From Candidatus Hydrogenedentota bacterium (GTDB lineage Bacteria; Hydrogenedentota; Hydrogenedentia; Hydrogenedentales; SLHB01): a stretch of DNA of 38,972 nucleotides. The translations under genes and the position numbers were made by a program. Location: contig JAWXCN010000064.1 of the NCBI GenBank assembly GCA_034408725.1, forward strand, positions 1 through 38,972, read 5' to 3'. This document shows positions 17,476 to 25,509 of the stretch, in pieces. The notes under the pieces were generated by a model. That model was not told where the DNA came from. It searched no databases and was given only the letters and a program-made list of their open reading frames with translations. Position 1 is the stretch's first letter, and each line of letters starts with the position of its first letter.

Positions 17476-18204
17476 TCACCCAGCCGGAGCAGTCCTGCCC
17501 CAAACTTCGACCTCGACATAATGGTTCGCGCCGTCCGATGTATTACCCTTTGAATACAACCTGACGTAGCGGCCAATTGTCCCTTTTCCGTCTGTCAACG
17601 TTCCAATCAGACGGCCCTGATAATTCTCGATGTATTCCTTGTCCTTGCCAACGCCGAGACCCGACGAATTGTCGAAATCGTTGTTGTATACCGTCTGCAT
17701 ATTTTTTGTAAACGCGGCGTCGTCCGCAGTGCGCGCGACGACATCAAAATATACGCGATCACCCGCATGAAAGTGCCACAGGACGACGGCATAAACCTCA
17801 CTCTGCGCGCCCAAATCTATTTGCACCCACTGTGCGCCTTCGGCGAGTTCCGTCAAATACTCGGTCTGATACCCCTTCTCGCCGTCAGTAATCATGCTCA
17901 GTTTGCCGTTCGCTGGATCCGGGTCGCTGCTCGTGACAGTCTTGCCCGCGGACAATACAGTTGCGCCTTTTGGCGCAACGAATGGCTTGCGCACCGTGGG
18001 ATCGAACTCTTCCAAATGCTCGCTTATGTATGTAGTCGGCGTGCCGCCAAAATACGGCGGCGGCAATTTGATCTCGAGCGGTGAAGTATCACCGGCGACC
18101 GCGGGTGACGCTTTCTTCGCGACATCCGCGGCAAACGAAAGTGCGCAAGACCCCGTGATGAGCACTGCTATCGCAATATGCCAAACAATTCCTGTGCGCA
18201 CCAT
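17476..18204 (-). CDS. Secreted discoidin/F5-8 type C-like protein, copy 1 (tandem paralog)
   Basis: Same motifs; long identical stretches with 16640-17374 (e.g. NGKLSMITDGEKGYQTEYLTEL). ATG 18204 (MVR..) aligns with the paralog start and follows GGAG. Confidence 0.8.
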   Translation of the reverse strand: MVRTGIVWHIAIAVLITGSCALSFAADVAKKASPAVAGDTSPLEIKLPPPYFGGTPTTYISEHLEEFDPTVRKPFVAPKGATVLSAGKTVTSSDPDPANGKLSMITDGEKGYQTEYLTELAEGAQWVQIDLGAQSEVYAVVLWHFHAGDRVYFDVVARTADDAAFTKNMQTVYNNDFDNSSGLGVGKDKEYIENYQGRLIGTLTDGKGTIGRYVRLYSKGNTSDGANHYVEVEVWGRTAPAG

Positions 18205-18407
18205 CGATTTCTCCGCATCCAATATTCAAAAGAGGGACGGGCACGCCCATCCCCCCGATTTCCTACAAAAAGACCACAAGCCATTTCCGGATAGTATTTC
18301 GCCCAAAGCCGCAGCCTGTCAACTTTTTACAAGCCACGTGTATGCGCGCTCACCCAGACATGTCCGCTTAGGCGGGATTTCGTCCTTTTCGAGCCGAGCA
18401 CAGCGCG

Positions 18408-19158
18408 TTGGACTGCGGCGTGTCAGCGCCGCTTTCACTTCGGGGTACACGAATGCCTCAATAAAATTACAGGCTTCGGGAACACGTGAATGAAAACAGT
18501 GCAATCGCGTTTAATTGCGAAGCGACTTTGGCCAGGAAATGGAAAGCGGCAGCTACCCCGTTGCCGCACTCCAAGGCGCTCCGCGCGGATTTTGGACGTC
18601 TATTGGCCGCGCGCAACGCCTTGGAGTGCGGCGTGTCAGCGCCGCTTTCACTTCGGGGTTCACGAACGCCTCAATAAAATTGCAGGCTTCGGGAACACGT
18701 GAATGAAAACAGTGCAATCGCGTTTAATTGCGAAGCGACTTTGGCCAGGAAATGGAAAGCGGCAGCTACCCGCTGCCGCACTCCAAGGCGCTTCGCGCGG
18801 ATTTTCGACGTCGATTGGCCGCTCGTAGCACCTTGGACTGCGGCGTGTCAGCGCCGCTTTCACTTCGGATACCCGAAAAGCCTCAATAAATTCGTCGGCC
18901 TTCAGGCTCAAGTGAATAGAAACCAGGACAATCACGCTGAATTGCGAAGCGCCTTTGCCCAGGAAATGGAAAGCGGCAGCTACCCCGCAGCCGCACTCCA
19001 AGGCGCTCCGCGCGAATTTTCGACGTCGATTGGCCGCGCGCAGTGCCTTGGACTGCGGCGTGTCAGCGCCGCTTTCACTTCGGGGTACTCGAAAAGCCTC
19101 AATAAATTCGCAGGCCTTCTGGCTCACGTGAATCGAAGCCAGGGCAATCGCGCTGAAT
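18408..19158 (+). repeat. Tandem REPIN/BIME-like array, about 3.5 units with 212-215 bp period
   Basis: Motif A (TTGGA[C/G]TGCGGCGTGTCAGCGCCGCTTTC) at 18408, 18621, 18833 and 19048; inverted motif B (GAAAGCGGCAGCTAC..GCCGCACTCCAA) at 18542, 18755 and 18969; spacers are homologous between units. Confidence 0.92.
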
Positions 19159-19189
19159 AAGACAATCCACGCTGAATAAGACAATCAAT

Positions 19190-19215
19190 GGCGGGTTGGA
19201 AAACCCGCCCTCCAA
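19190..19215 (-). repeat. GGAG-tagged REP-like hairpin; may also protect or terminate the ArnT-like transcript
   Basis: Minus strand TTGGAG-GGCGGGTT-TTCC-AACCCGCC, starting 8 bp after the stop at 19223; no strong U-tract. Confidence 0.55.
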
Positions 19216-19222
19216 AATTGAC

Positions 19223-21151
19223 CTATGGCCGATGCAACAGCGCGGCGCCTTGGGCGTTTGCGAGCAGCAACACCCTTTCGCTTCCGACGGATTCGTGCGC
19301 GATGAGCGGCAAGGCCCGAAGTTCCGGCGCAAAGGGGAGGAGCCAGCACCAGTCGGGTTCTTGGACGATTAGAAAAGCGGGTTCTCCGCTGGAAACATCA
19401 ACTGCGAAATCACGCACGGCGTTGCCGACGGCAATTTTGAAATCGTCGACATACGGCGACTTTGCTTTTGCGAACGAGAAAACGCTTTCGGAATGCGCGC
19501 GGAGTTTTTCCAGTTCCGCGTCGCTGATTTTTGACCAGTCGGCGATGGGCACGGTCTCGGTGGCGTTTCGCAACGCCTTGCCCAGCGCGCGTTGTTGCGC
19601 GATGAATTCGGCTGGATCAACATTGGCGGGCGCTTGCAACGGCCAATTGTCGACGAGGAACGGCACGTGGTTGTGTTTCGTATAGAAAATGTATTCCTCG
19701 CGCGAAAAAGCCACGGAGTACAGACGGTACCCCGTTCCAGCTTCAGTCAGATTTCGCAGCGGCGCGCAAAAATCGCTCGCGCCCTTGAACTGATTGACTT
19801 CCGGCATCAGCAGACCCGCGGCGATCACCGCGAGTCCCGCGAAGTGTCCCGCCATTGCGAAATGAACGGTGCGCCCCTGTTTGCGCACGGTCGAGATGAA
19901 GGCATGAATCGCAAACACAAACGCGGCGGCGGTAAGCACGGAAATCGCGCGAAGCATATCGTAGTGGATGGAGACGCCGAGACCCTCGAATGGCCAGTAA
20001 GCACCTATATCGGGGTAGAGGATATCATCGAACCATGCGAAATACCCGAAGGGGATCGCAAACACGCCAAGCGCAATCAATAGCACCGTCCAAATTGCGC
20101 CAACGGCGCGGCGCATCCATGCGCGCCGTGGATCGTCCGCCAATGCCGTTATTGCGTAGCCAATGAGAATGGCAAATGCTGGACAGAGCGGCAACAGGTA
20201 TACCGCGCGCTTTCCTGAGCTGATCGAGAAGAAAATGATCGCCGGGACAATCCAGCACAACAACAACCGCATTGCGTCGTTCTCGCGCCGCCGCTTCCAC
20301 GTGAACCAGATGACCCACGGCAGGAATAAGGTCCACGGAAACAGGTTCAGGGGAAGGTTTTCTAGGTAATACCACGGCGGCCGCGCCTTGCTGACGCCCA
20401 TAAAAAAGCGGCCAATGGTCTGCCGGTACAGGTTCTCCGCAAGTCCGAGATTCTGCGCGGGCGCGCCGGGCGACGGCGCAGCCATCATGTACGCTGGAAT
20501 GATCCAAATGGCTATCACCGCAGCGATAGCGAGCAAACCCCAATGGAGTTTTAGCGCGCGGCGTTCATCACGCCGGCCCCAGTAGAACGTAATCGCGAGC
20601 AGCAACGGAAACACGACCCCCGGCGGACCCTTCGCAAACACCGCCGCGCATATCGACGCGTAAAACGCGATGAGCCATTTGCCGCTTTTGGTTTCGTGGC
20701 GCATCCAGAACGCGTAAAGCGCGGCGCTGAGGCATCCGGTGAGGAGCATGTCCGTGCGCACGGAACGGGCCTCCCACCAAAACAGCGCGGTAGTGATTAG
20801 CACGAATCCCGCGCAAACGGCCGCGCGCACTCCGTAGAGACGCAGCGCCAGCCGGTATGTAAAAAATACGGCCAGCAGCGCGGCCAGCGCGGACGGGACG
20901 CGCGCAGTCGATTCCGTCACGTCTCCGTAGGGGAAAGAAATCAGCGTGATGAGCCAGAACAAGAACGGCGGCTTTTCCTTGTAGGGTTCGCCGTTAATCG
21001 TCAGCGCGAAAGGATTGCCGGATTGCATCATCTCGCGCGCCACCTGGCCGAACCGGGGTTCGTCGGGTGGCCAGAGATCGTAGCCACCGAGGTTCGCCGT
21101 GAGCACGACGAACGCGGCAACCAGGACCGCTATCAATGGCAGCCGTTGCAA
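19223..21151 (-). CDS. ArnT-like GT-C glycosyltransferase (PMT_2 / GT83-like)
   Basis: LWPPDEPRFGQVAREM, EKPPFLFWL, ARVPSAL, AKGPPG, PPWYY, SSGKRAVYLLP; TTG start. Confidence 0.9.
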   Translation of the reverse strand: MQRLPLIAVLVAAFVVLTANLGGYDLWPPDEPRFGQVAREMMQSGNPFALTINGEPYKEKPPFLFWLITLISFPYGDVTESTARVPSALAALLAVFFTYRLALRLYGVRAAVCAGFVLITTALFWWEARSVRTDMLLTGCLSAALYAFWMRHETKSGKWLIAFYASICAAVFAKGPPGVVFPLLLAITFYWGRRDERRALKLHWGLLAIAAVIAIWIIPAYMMAAPSPGAPAQNLGLAENLYRQTIGRFFMGVSKARPPWYYLENLPLNLFPWTLFLPWVIWFTWKRRRENDAMRLLLCWIVPAIIFFSISSGKRAVYLLPLCPAFAILIGYAITALADDPRRAWMRRAVGAIWTVLLIALGVFAIPFGYFAWFDDILYPDIGAYWPFEGLGVSIHYDMLRAISVLTAAAFVFAIHAFISTVRKQGRTVHFAMAGHFAGLAVIAAGLLMPEVNQFKGASDFCAPLRNLTEAGTGYRLYSVAFSREEYIFYTKHNHVPFLVDNWPLQAPANVDPAEFIAQQRALGKALRNATETVPIADWSKISDAELEKLRAHSESVFSFAKAKSPYVDDFKIAVGNAVRDFAVDVSSGEPAFLIVQEPDWCWLLPFAPELRALPLIAHESVGSERVLLLANAQGAALLHRP

Positions 21152-21154
21152 ACG

Positions 21155-21874
21155 CTACATCGCCCCCGCAGTGGTGGCCGCGTCGCTGGGCTGTCGATGG
21201 ATAAACCAGATATTCCGCAGGTACACGGGAACGTTGAGGATAGGTCCGAGCGCGAGCAGCCATTCGCCCTGCGCGCTAAACGACGCGCATAACAACAACG
21301 CCGCAACGAGGCTCATGTGCCAGAAAATATCGGGCATGACGCTCCTGCGCCGCACTTCCGTGGCGATCCATTGGATTATGAACCGGCCGGCAAACAGACC
21401 TTGCCCGAATACGCCCACGGCAATCCACAGCCAGGTGGCGACGGCTTCATGCTGCTGCTGCATCTTCGTCTGTTCTATTTCGCGCCACCAGATTAGTATG
21501 ACGATGCTGACCGCCGTGCAGGTGATCAATGCGACGAGGCTTTGAAACAGCACGCTGCGCGTGCGCGTGAGCGTCCCCTTTTCACGCCAGATATGCACGA
21601 GGTTGCGCGAATAAATGACCGTGTTCAGGCTGTAACTCAATCCGCCGTTGGGCGATTGCTTGTGAATTGAATAGATCAGGAGAATGATCGCGCCGATGCT
21701 GCTGAGATACCAGAATGACGTCGGCACGACGCTGCGTTTCTTCTTTTCCGACGCAAACCACTGCACGTAAAAACGGCTGTTGAACACGATGGTCCCGAAC
21801 ACACCAAAGCAGAACCACGCTGCAATCACAGGATCGGAGAATGTTTCCTGGAGGTGTTGAATAAAATCCTCCAC
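21155..21874 (-). CDS. Membrane protein with two lipid A biosynthesis N-terminal (LAB_N) domains
   Basis: Two repeats, RFYVQWFASEKKKRSVVPTSFWYLS and RFIIQWIATEVRRRSVMPDIFWHMS, separated by one TM helix. Confidence 0.88.
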   Translation of the reverse strand: MEDFIQHLQETFSDPVIAAWFCFGVFGTIVFNSRFYVQWFASEKKKRSVVPTSFWYLSSIGAIILLIYSIHKQSPNGGLSYSLNTVIYSRNLVHIWREKGTLTRTRSVLFQSLVALITCTAVSIVILIWWREIEQTKMQQQHEAVATWLWIAVGVFGQGLFAGRFIIQWIATEVRRRSVMPDIFWHMSLVAALLLCASFSAQGEWLLALGPILNVPVYLRNIWFIHRQPSDAATTAGAM

Positions 21875-22591
21875 CTATAGTTCTCCCTCGACCTGAAACG
21901 TCACGTAACGCTTGCGCAGCCACCCTACGCCGATGAGGTCGTAGATGCCGCGCCACAGGCGGTTGTTAATGCCATACTTCGACACGCCATGCACGCGGGG
22001 ATGGTGCGTGACGGGGCATTCCGCGATGGTCATGCCGGCGTTGCGCATCATCACCGCGAAGTAACGATGCACGCCGTTGAACGGAATGATGTGCTCCACG
22101 CATTCGCGCCGGAATCCCTTGCTGCCGCAGCCTGCATCGCGGATGCCATCGTTGAGAATGCGTTGCCGCGCGCCATTGCCGATCCTGCTTGAAATTTTTC
22201 GCACCCAGTTGTCTTGTCGATTCGCGCGGTATCCGCAGACGCAATCATAGTCTTTCAACAACGCGAGCATCTCCGGAAAGTCGGAGGGGTCGTTCTGCAA
22301 ATCGCCATCCAAGGTCAGAATGTAGTCGCCCTGCGCTCGCCGCATCCCCGCCACCAGCGCAGCGGATTGTCCTCGGTTATTGACGAGATGGATTGGCCGC
22401 ACTCGCGGGTTTTTCTCCCGCGCCGCCTCGAGGCGCGCTCGCGTCGCGTCGGTGCTGCCATCGTTCACGAAAAGGCACTCGTAATCACACTCAGGCATGC
22501 CGCTAAAGACAGCCTCGACCCGCTCCAACAAGGGGACAACGTTGTCTTCTTCGTTATAAAAGGGAACGACGACGGACACCAGGAGATTCAT
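21875..22591 (-). CDS. GT2 polyprenyl-phosphate glycosyltransferase (DPM synthase/ArnC-like)
   Basis: SVVVPFYNEE, VNDGSTD, NRGQSAA, LDGDLQNDP, HRY and HHPRVHGVSKYG; the domain begins at ATG 22591. Confidence 0.92.
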   Translation of the reverse strand: MNLLVSVVVPFYNEEDNVVPLLERVEAVFSGMPECDYECLFVNDGSTDATRARLEAAREKNPRVRPIHLVNNRGQSAALVAGMRRAQGDYILTLDGDLQNDPSDFPEMLALLKDYDCVCGYRANRQDNWVRKISSRIGNGARQRILNDGIRDAGCGSKGFRRECVEHIIPFNGVHRYFAVMMRNAGMTIAECPVTHHPRVHGVSKYGINNRLWRGIYDLIGVGWLRKRYVTFQVEGEL

Positions 22592-22864
22592 GGAATGGCG
22601 CACACGTTCGAGACCGTCCGCGAATTCCCGCGTGGCTTCGTGTTCGTAATCAATTTTACATTCTCGTTTTTCAAAAGTCACCTCGCGAAATCACCATTGC
22701 CCAACCGCACGGCCAGCTTTGAACGGGACGATCGGCAGGTCCAGACGAAAGGCACAAGTATAGCTGAAACGTATCACACACGGAAAACCGTTTCCGCGAA
22801 CGTAGAGCGCAATCGATTGGCATTGGTATAGTAGGGTTTGGATACCAGCGACGCGGGGACTGAA

Positions 22865-22917
22865 CGCGAAGCCGGAGCTTCGCGCACTGCATTCCCAATC
22901 CGGAGCTTGGGAACGAG
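22865..22917. repeat. Twin-hairpin REP-like element
   Basis: CGCGAAGC-CGGA-GCTTCGCG then TTCCCAA(TC)-CGGA-(GC)TTGGGAA-CGAG; both hairpins have the same loop. Confidence 0.6.
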
Positions 22918-22941
22918 AAGAACCGGAGAAGAGAGGGCAAC

Positions 22942-24309
22942 ATGGGCACCGACAACGCCGTCGAATTCGCGCGGGAAAACCGAGATCGCTTCCTGAATGA
23001 ATACCGGGAATTTTTGCGCAAACCCAGCATCTCGACCCTACCAGAGCACAAGGGCGATGTCGCACAGACCGCCACATGGGTTGCGGACCAGTTGCGCGCC
23101 GCGGGCGTGGGCCATATTGCCATCATGCCGACTCCGGGGCATCCCGTGGTGTATGGCGAGGTGAAAGGTCCCGCGGGCGCGCCGGTGATGCTCGTGTATG
23201 GCCATTACGACGTGCAGCCCGCTGATCCGTTCGACGAATGGACAACGCCACCATTTGAACCGGACGTCCGCGAAGACTACATCTACGCCCGTGGCGCGTC
23301 CGACATGAAGGGCCAAATCTTCGCGCACATCAAGGCCGTGGAAGCTCTGGCGAAACAGGGTCCATTGCCGTTTACCTTGAAGTATCTTATTGAAGGCGAG
23401 GAAGAGATCGGTTCGCCAAATCTCGGGCCCTTTATTGACCAACACCGCGAACTCCTGGCCTGCGATTTTGTGTGCAACTGCGACGCGGGGATTCACGCGA
23501 AGAATGTGCCGGCGATTACCTATGCGCTCCGCGGGCTTGCGTATTTCGAGCTGGAGATTCGTGGGCCAGCGAAAGACCTGCACTCCGGCCTTTTTGGTGG
23601 ATCGATTTTGAATCCCGCGCAGGCGCTGTGCGAATTAATCGCGGGCATGCACGACACCGATGGACGTGTAACACTGCCAGGATTTTACGACAAGGTGCGC
23701 GCGCTTGATGCGGATGAGCGCGCGGAAATCGCGCGTCTCCCCTACACTGACGCCGAGTGGAACGCGATGACCGGGGCATCGGGACTTTGGGGGGAAGCGG
23801 GCTTTTCCACACTCGAACGCATTGGCGCGCGGCCCACGCTCGAGGTGAACGGCATGCTTAGCGGGTTCACCGGTGAAGGATCGAAAACCGTTCTGCCGGC
23901 AAAAGCGATGGCGAAAATCTCTACGCGGCTCGTCGCCGATCAGGAACCCTCGGACGTGTTCGCACAACTGCACGCGTACCTGAAACAACGGTGCCCGAAG
24001 AGCGTAACCTGGGACCTTCGCGAATTGACACATGGCAAAGGCGCGATCATGGATCGCAAGACGCCAGCAATGAAGGCGGCAACTACGGCTTTGAAAACGA
24101 CGTTTGGAATGGACCCCATCTTTAAGCGTGAAGGCGGCAGTGTGCCCATAGTCAGCATGTTGCAGGAGAAGCTCGGCGTGGACTCTGTCATGCTCGGCTT
24201 CGCGCTGACGAGTGACGGCATCCACGGACCGAACGAGAAGCAATATTTGCCAAACTTCTTCCGCGGCATCGAGACTTATATTCATTTCATGGCGGAGCTT
24301 GGGAACTGA
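22942..24309 (+). CDS. M20 family metallo-dipeptidase
   Basis: YGHYDVQP, ARGASDMKG, EGEEEIGS, DLHSG, GGSVP, IHGPNE. Confidence 0.93.
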   Translation: MGTDNAVEFARENRDRFLNEYREFLRKPSISTLPEHKGDVAQTATWVADQLRAAGVGHIAIMPTPGHPVVYGEVKGPAGAPVMLVYGHYDVQPADPFDEWTTPPFEPDVREDYIYARGASDMKGQIFAHIKAVEALAKQGPLPFTLKYLIEGEEEIGSPNLGPFIDQHRELLACDFVCNCDAGIHAKNVPAITYALRGLAYFELEIRGPAKDLHSGLFGGSILNPAQALCELIAGMHDTDGRVTLPGFYDKVRALDADERAEIARLPYTDAEWNAMTGASGLWGEAGFSTLERIGARPTLEVNGMLSGFTGEGSKTVLPAKAMAKISTRLVADQEPSDVFAQLHAYLKQRCPKSVTWDLRELTHGKGAIMDRKTPAMKAATTALKTTFGMDPIFKREGGSVPIVSMLQEKLGVDSVMLGFALTSDGIHGPNEKQYLPNFFRGIETYIHFMAELGN

Positions 24310-25506
24310 ATGCGCGACACCCCCGTCAGTACCACAAACAAAAAGGTCGTCGTGCGCGGCGTTCTGCCCGGCGCGAAGACCGTCTCGGACATCGTAGTCG
24401 AAGGTGGAAAGGTCATCCGTGTGTCGCGCGCGGGGTCCGGCGGATGTGACGCAGGATCCGCCGCGTCAATCATTGCGCCTACATTGTTCGACATTCAGGT
24501 CAACGGGTACGGCGGTATTGACTTGCAAGGCATCGAGGCATTACCCGAAGACGTCGCGCGCGTCGATGAAAAGCTTCAGCGTATCGGCGTTTCGCATTGG
24601 ATACCGACGATCATCACGTCGTCCTTCGAAAATACTGAACACGGTTGCGCGATGGTTGCCGCGGCGCGCAAAGACCCCGCGCTCGCCAAACGAATTCCGG
24701 GCGTGCATATCGAAGGCCCCTACATCTCTCCCGACGATGGACCACGCGGCGCGCACGACAAACGCCACGTCCGAAAACCGGATCTACGCGAGTTTGATCG
24801 CTGGTACGAAGCCGCCGAGGGACAGGTGGCATACATTACGCTGGCGCCGGAATTGGATGGCGCGATTTCATTCATCAAGGAAATGTCGAAACGCGGCGTG
24901 ATCGTCTCACTCGGACACCATAACGCGACGCCCGATCAGATCGCGCGCGCGGTCGATGCGGGCGCGCGCATGTGTACGCACCTCGGCAACGGCTTGGCCG
25001 CGCATATCCCACGGCACAGCAATCCGCTGTGGCCCCAACTGGCGGAAGATCGCTTGTATGCATCCGTGATCGCGGACCTGGAACATTTGCCGCCCCACAT
25101 TCTGAAAACAATTGTCCGCGTGAAAGGACCGGAGCGCACAGTGATCACGTCCGACGCAGTACACATCGCGGGGCTCAGGCCTGGTCACTACAATCTCGTG
25201 GGAATGCCTGTGGAACTAAAAAAATCTGGACGCATTTGCCTTAGCGGAACGGAGCTGCTGGCAGGCAGCGCGACGAGCTTGTTGCAGGGCGTAATCAACA
25301 CCGCTAAATTCACCGACCTTACCTTGGAGCAGGCTTTTGCCTGCGCTTCCAGCGTGCCGGCAAAACTCTTTGGCGTTTCACATCGCTTCGGCGTTCCAAA
25401 ACCCGGCGCAAGCGCGAACCTTATCTGCATCGCTCCACCCGCGGGGAACAAGCGCGCCGCACCAACCCTGCGCGCGTGTTTCGTCGATGGAATTCGCGTG
25501 GTGTGA
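24310..25506 (+). CDS. nagA: N-acetylglucosamine-6-phosphate deacetylase
   Basis: DIQVNG, HIEGPYIS..GAH, TLAPE, SLGH, THLGN, ITSDA, LAGS; start abuts the upstream stop. Confidence 0.85.
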   Translation: MRDTPVSTTNKKVVVRGVLPGAKTVSDIVVEGGKVIRVSRAGSGGCDAGSAASIIAPTLFDIQVNGYGGIDLQGIEALPEDVARVDEKLQRIGVSHWIPTIITSSFENTEHGCAMVAAARKDPALAKRIPGVHIEGPYISPDDGPRGAHDKRHVRKPDLREFDRWYEAAEGQVAYITLAPELDGAISFIKEMSKRGVIVSLGHHNATPDQIARAVDAGARMCTHLGNGLAAHIPRHSNPLWPQLAEDRLYASVIADLEHLPPHILKTIVRVKGPERTVITSDAVHIAGLRPGHYNLVGMPVELKKSGRICLSGTELLAGSATSLLQGVINTAKFTDLTLEQAFACASSVPAKLFGVSHRFGVPKPGASANLICIAPPAGNKRAAPTLRACFVDGIRVV

Positions 25507-25509
25507 AAT

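Noticed and set aside
18408..19158. CRISPR array
   Set aside because: The period is ~213 bp, repeats alternate in orientation, spacers are homologous rather than unique, and no cas genes are present.
18486..19184. ORFs in the array (18486-18677, 18515-18706, 18660-19184, 18699-19160) and similar ORFs at 4611-5024
   Set aside because: They are translations of the palindromic repeat. Unit lengths of 213, 212 and 215 bp break the frame, and the same peptides appear on both strands.
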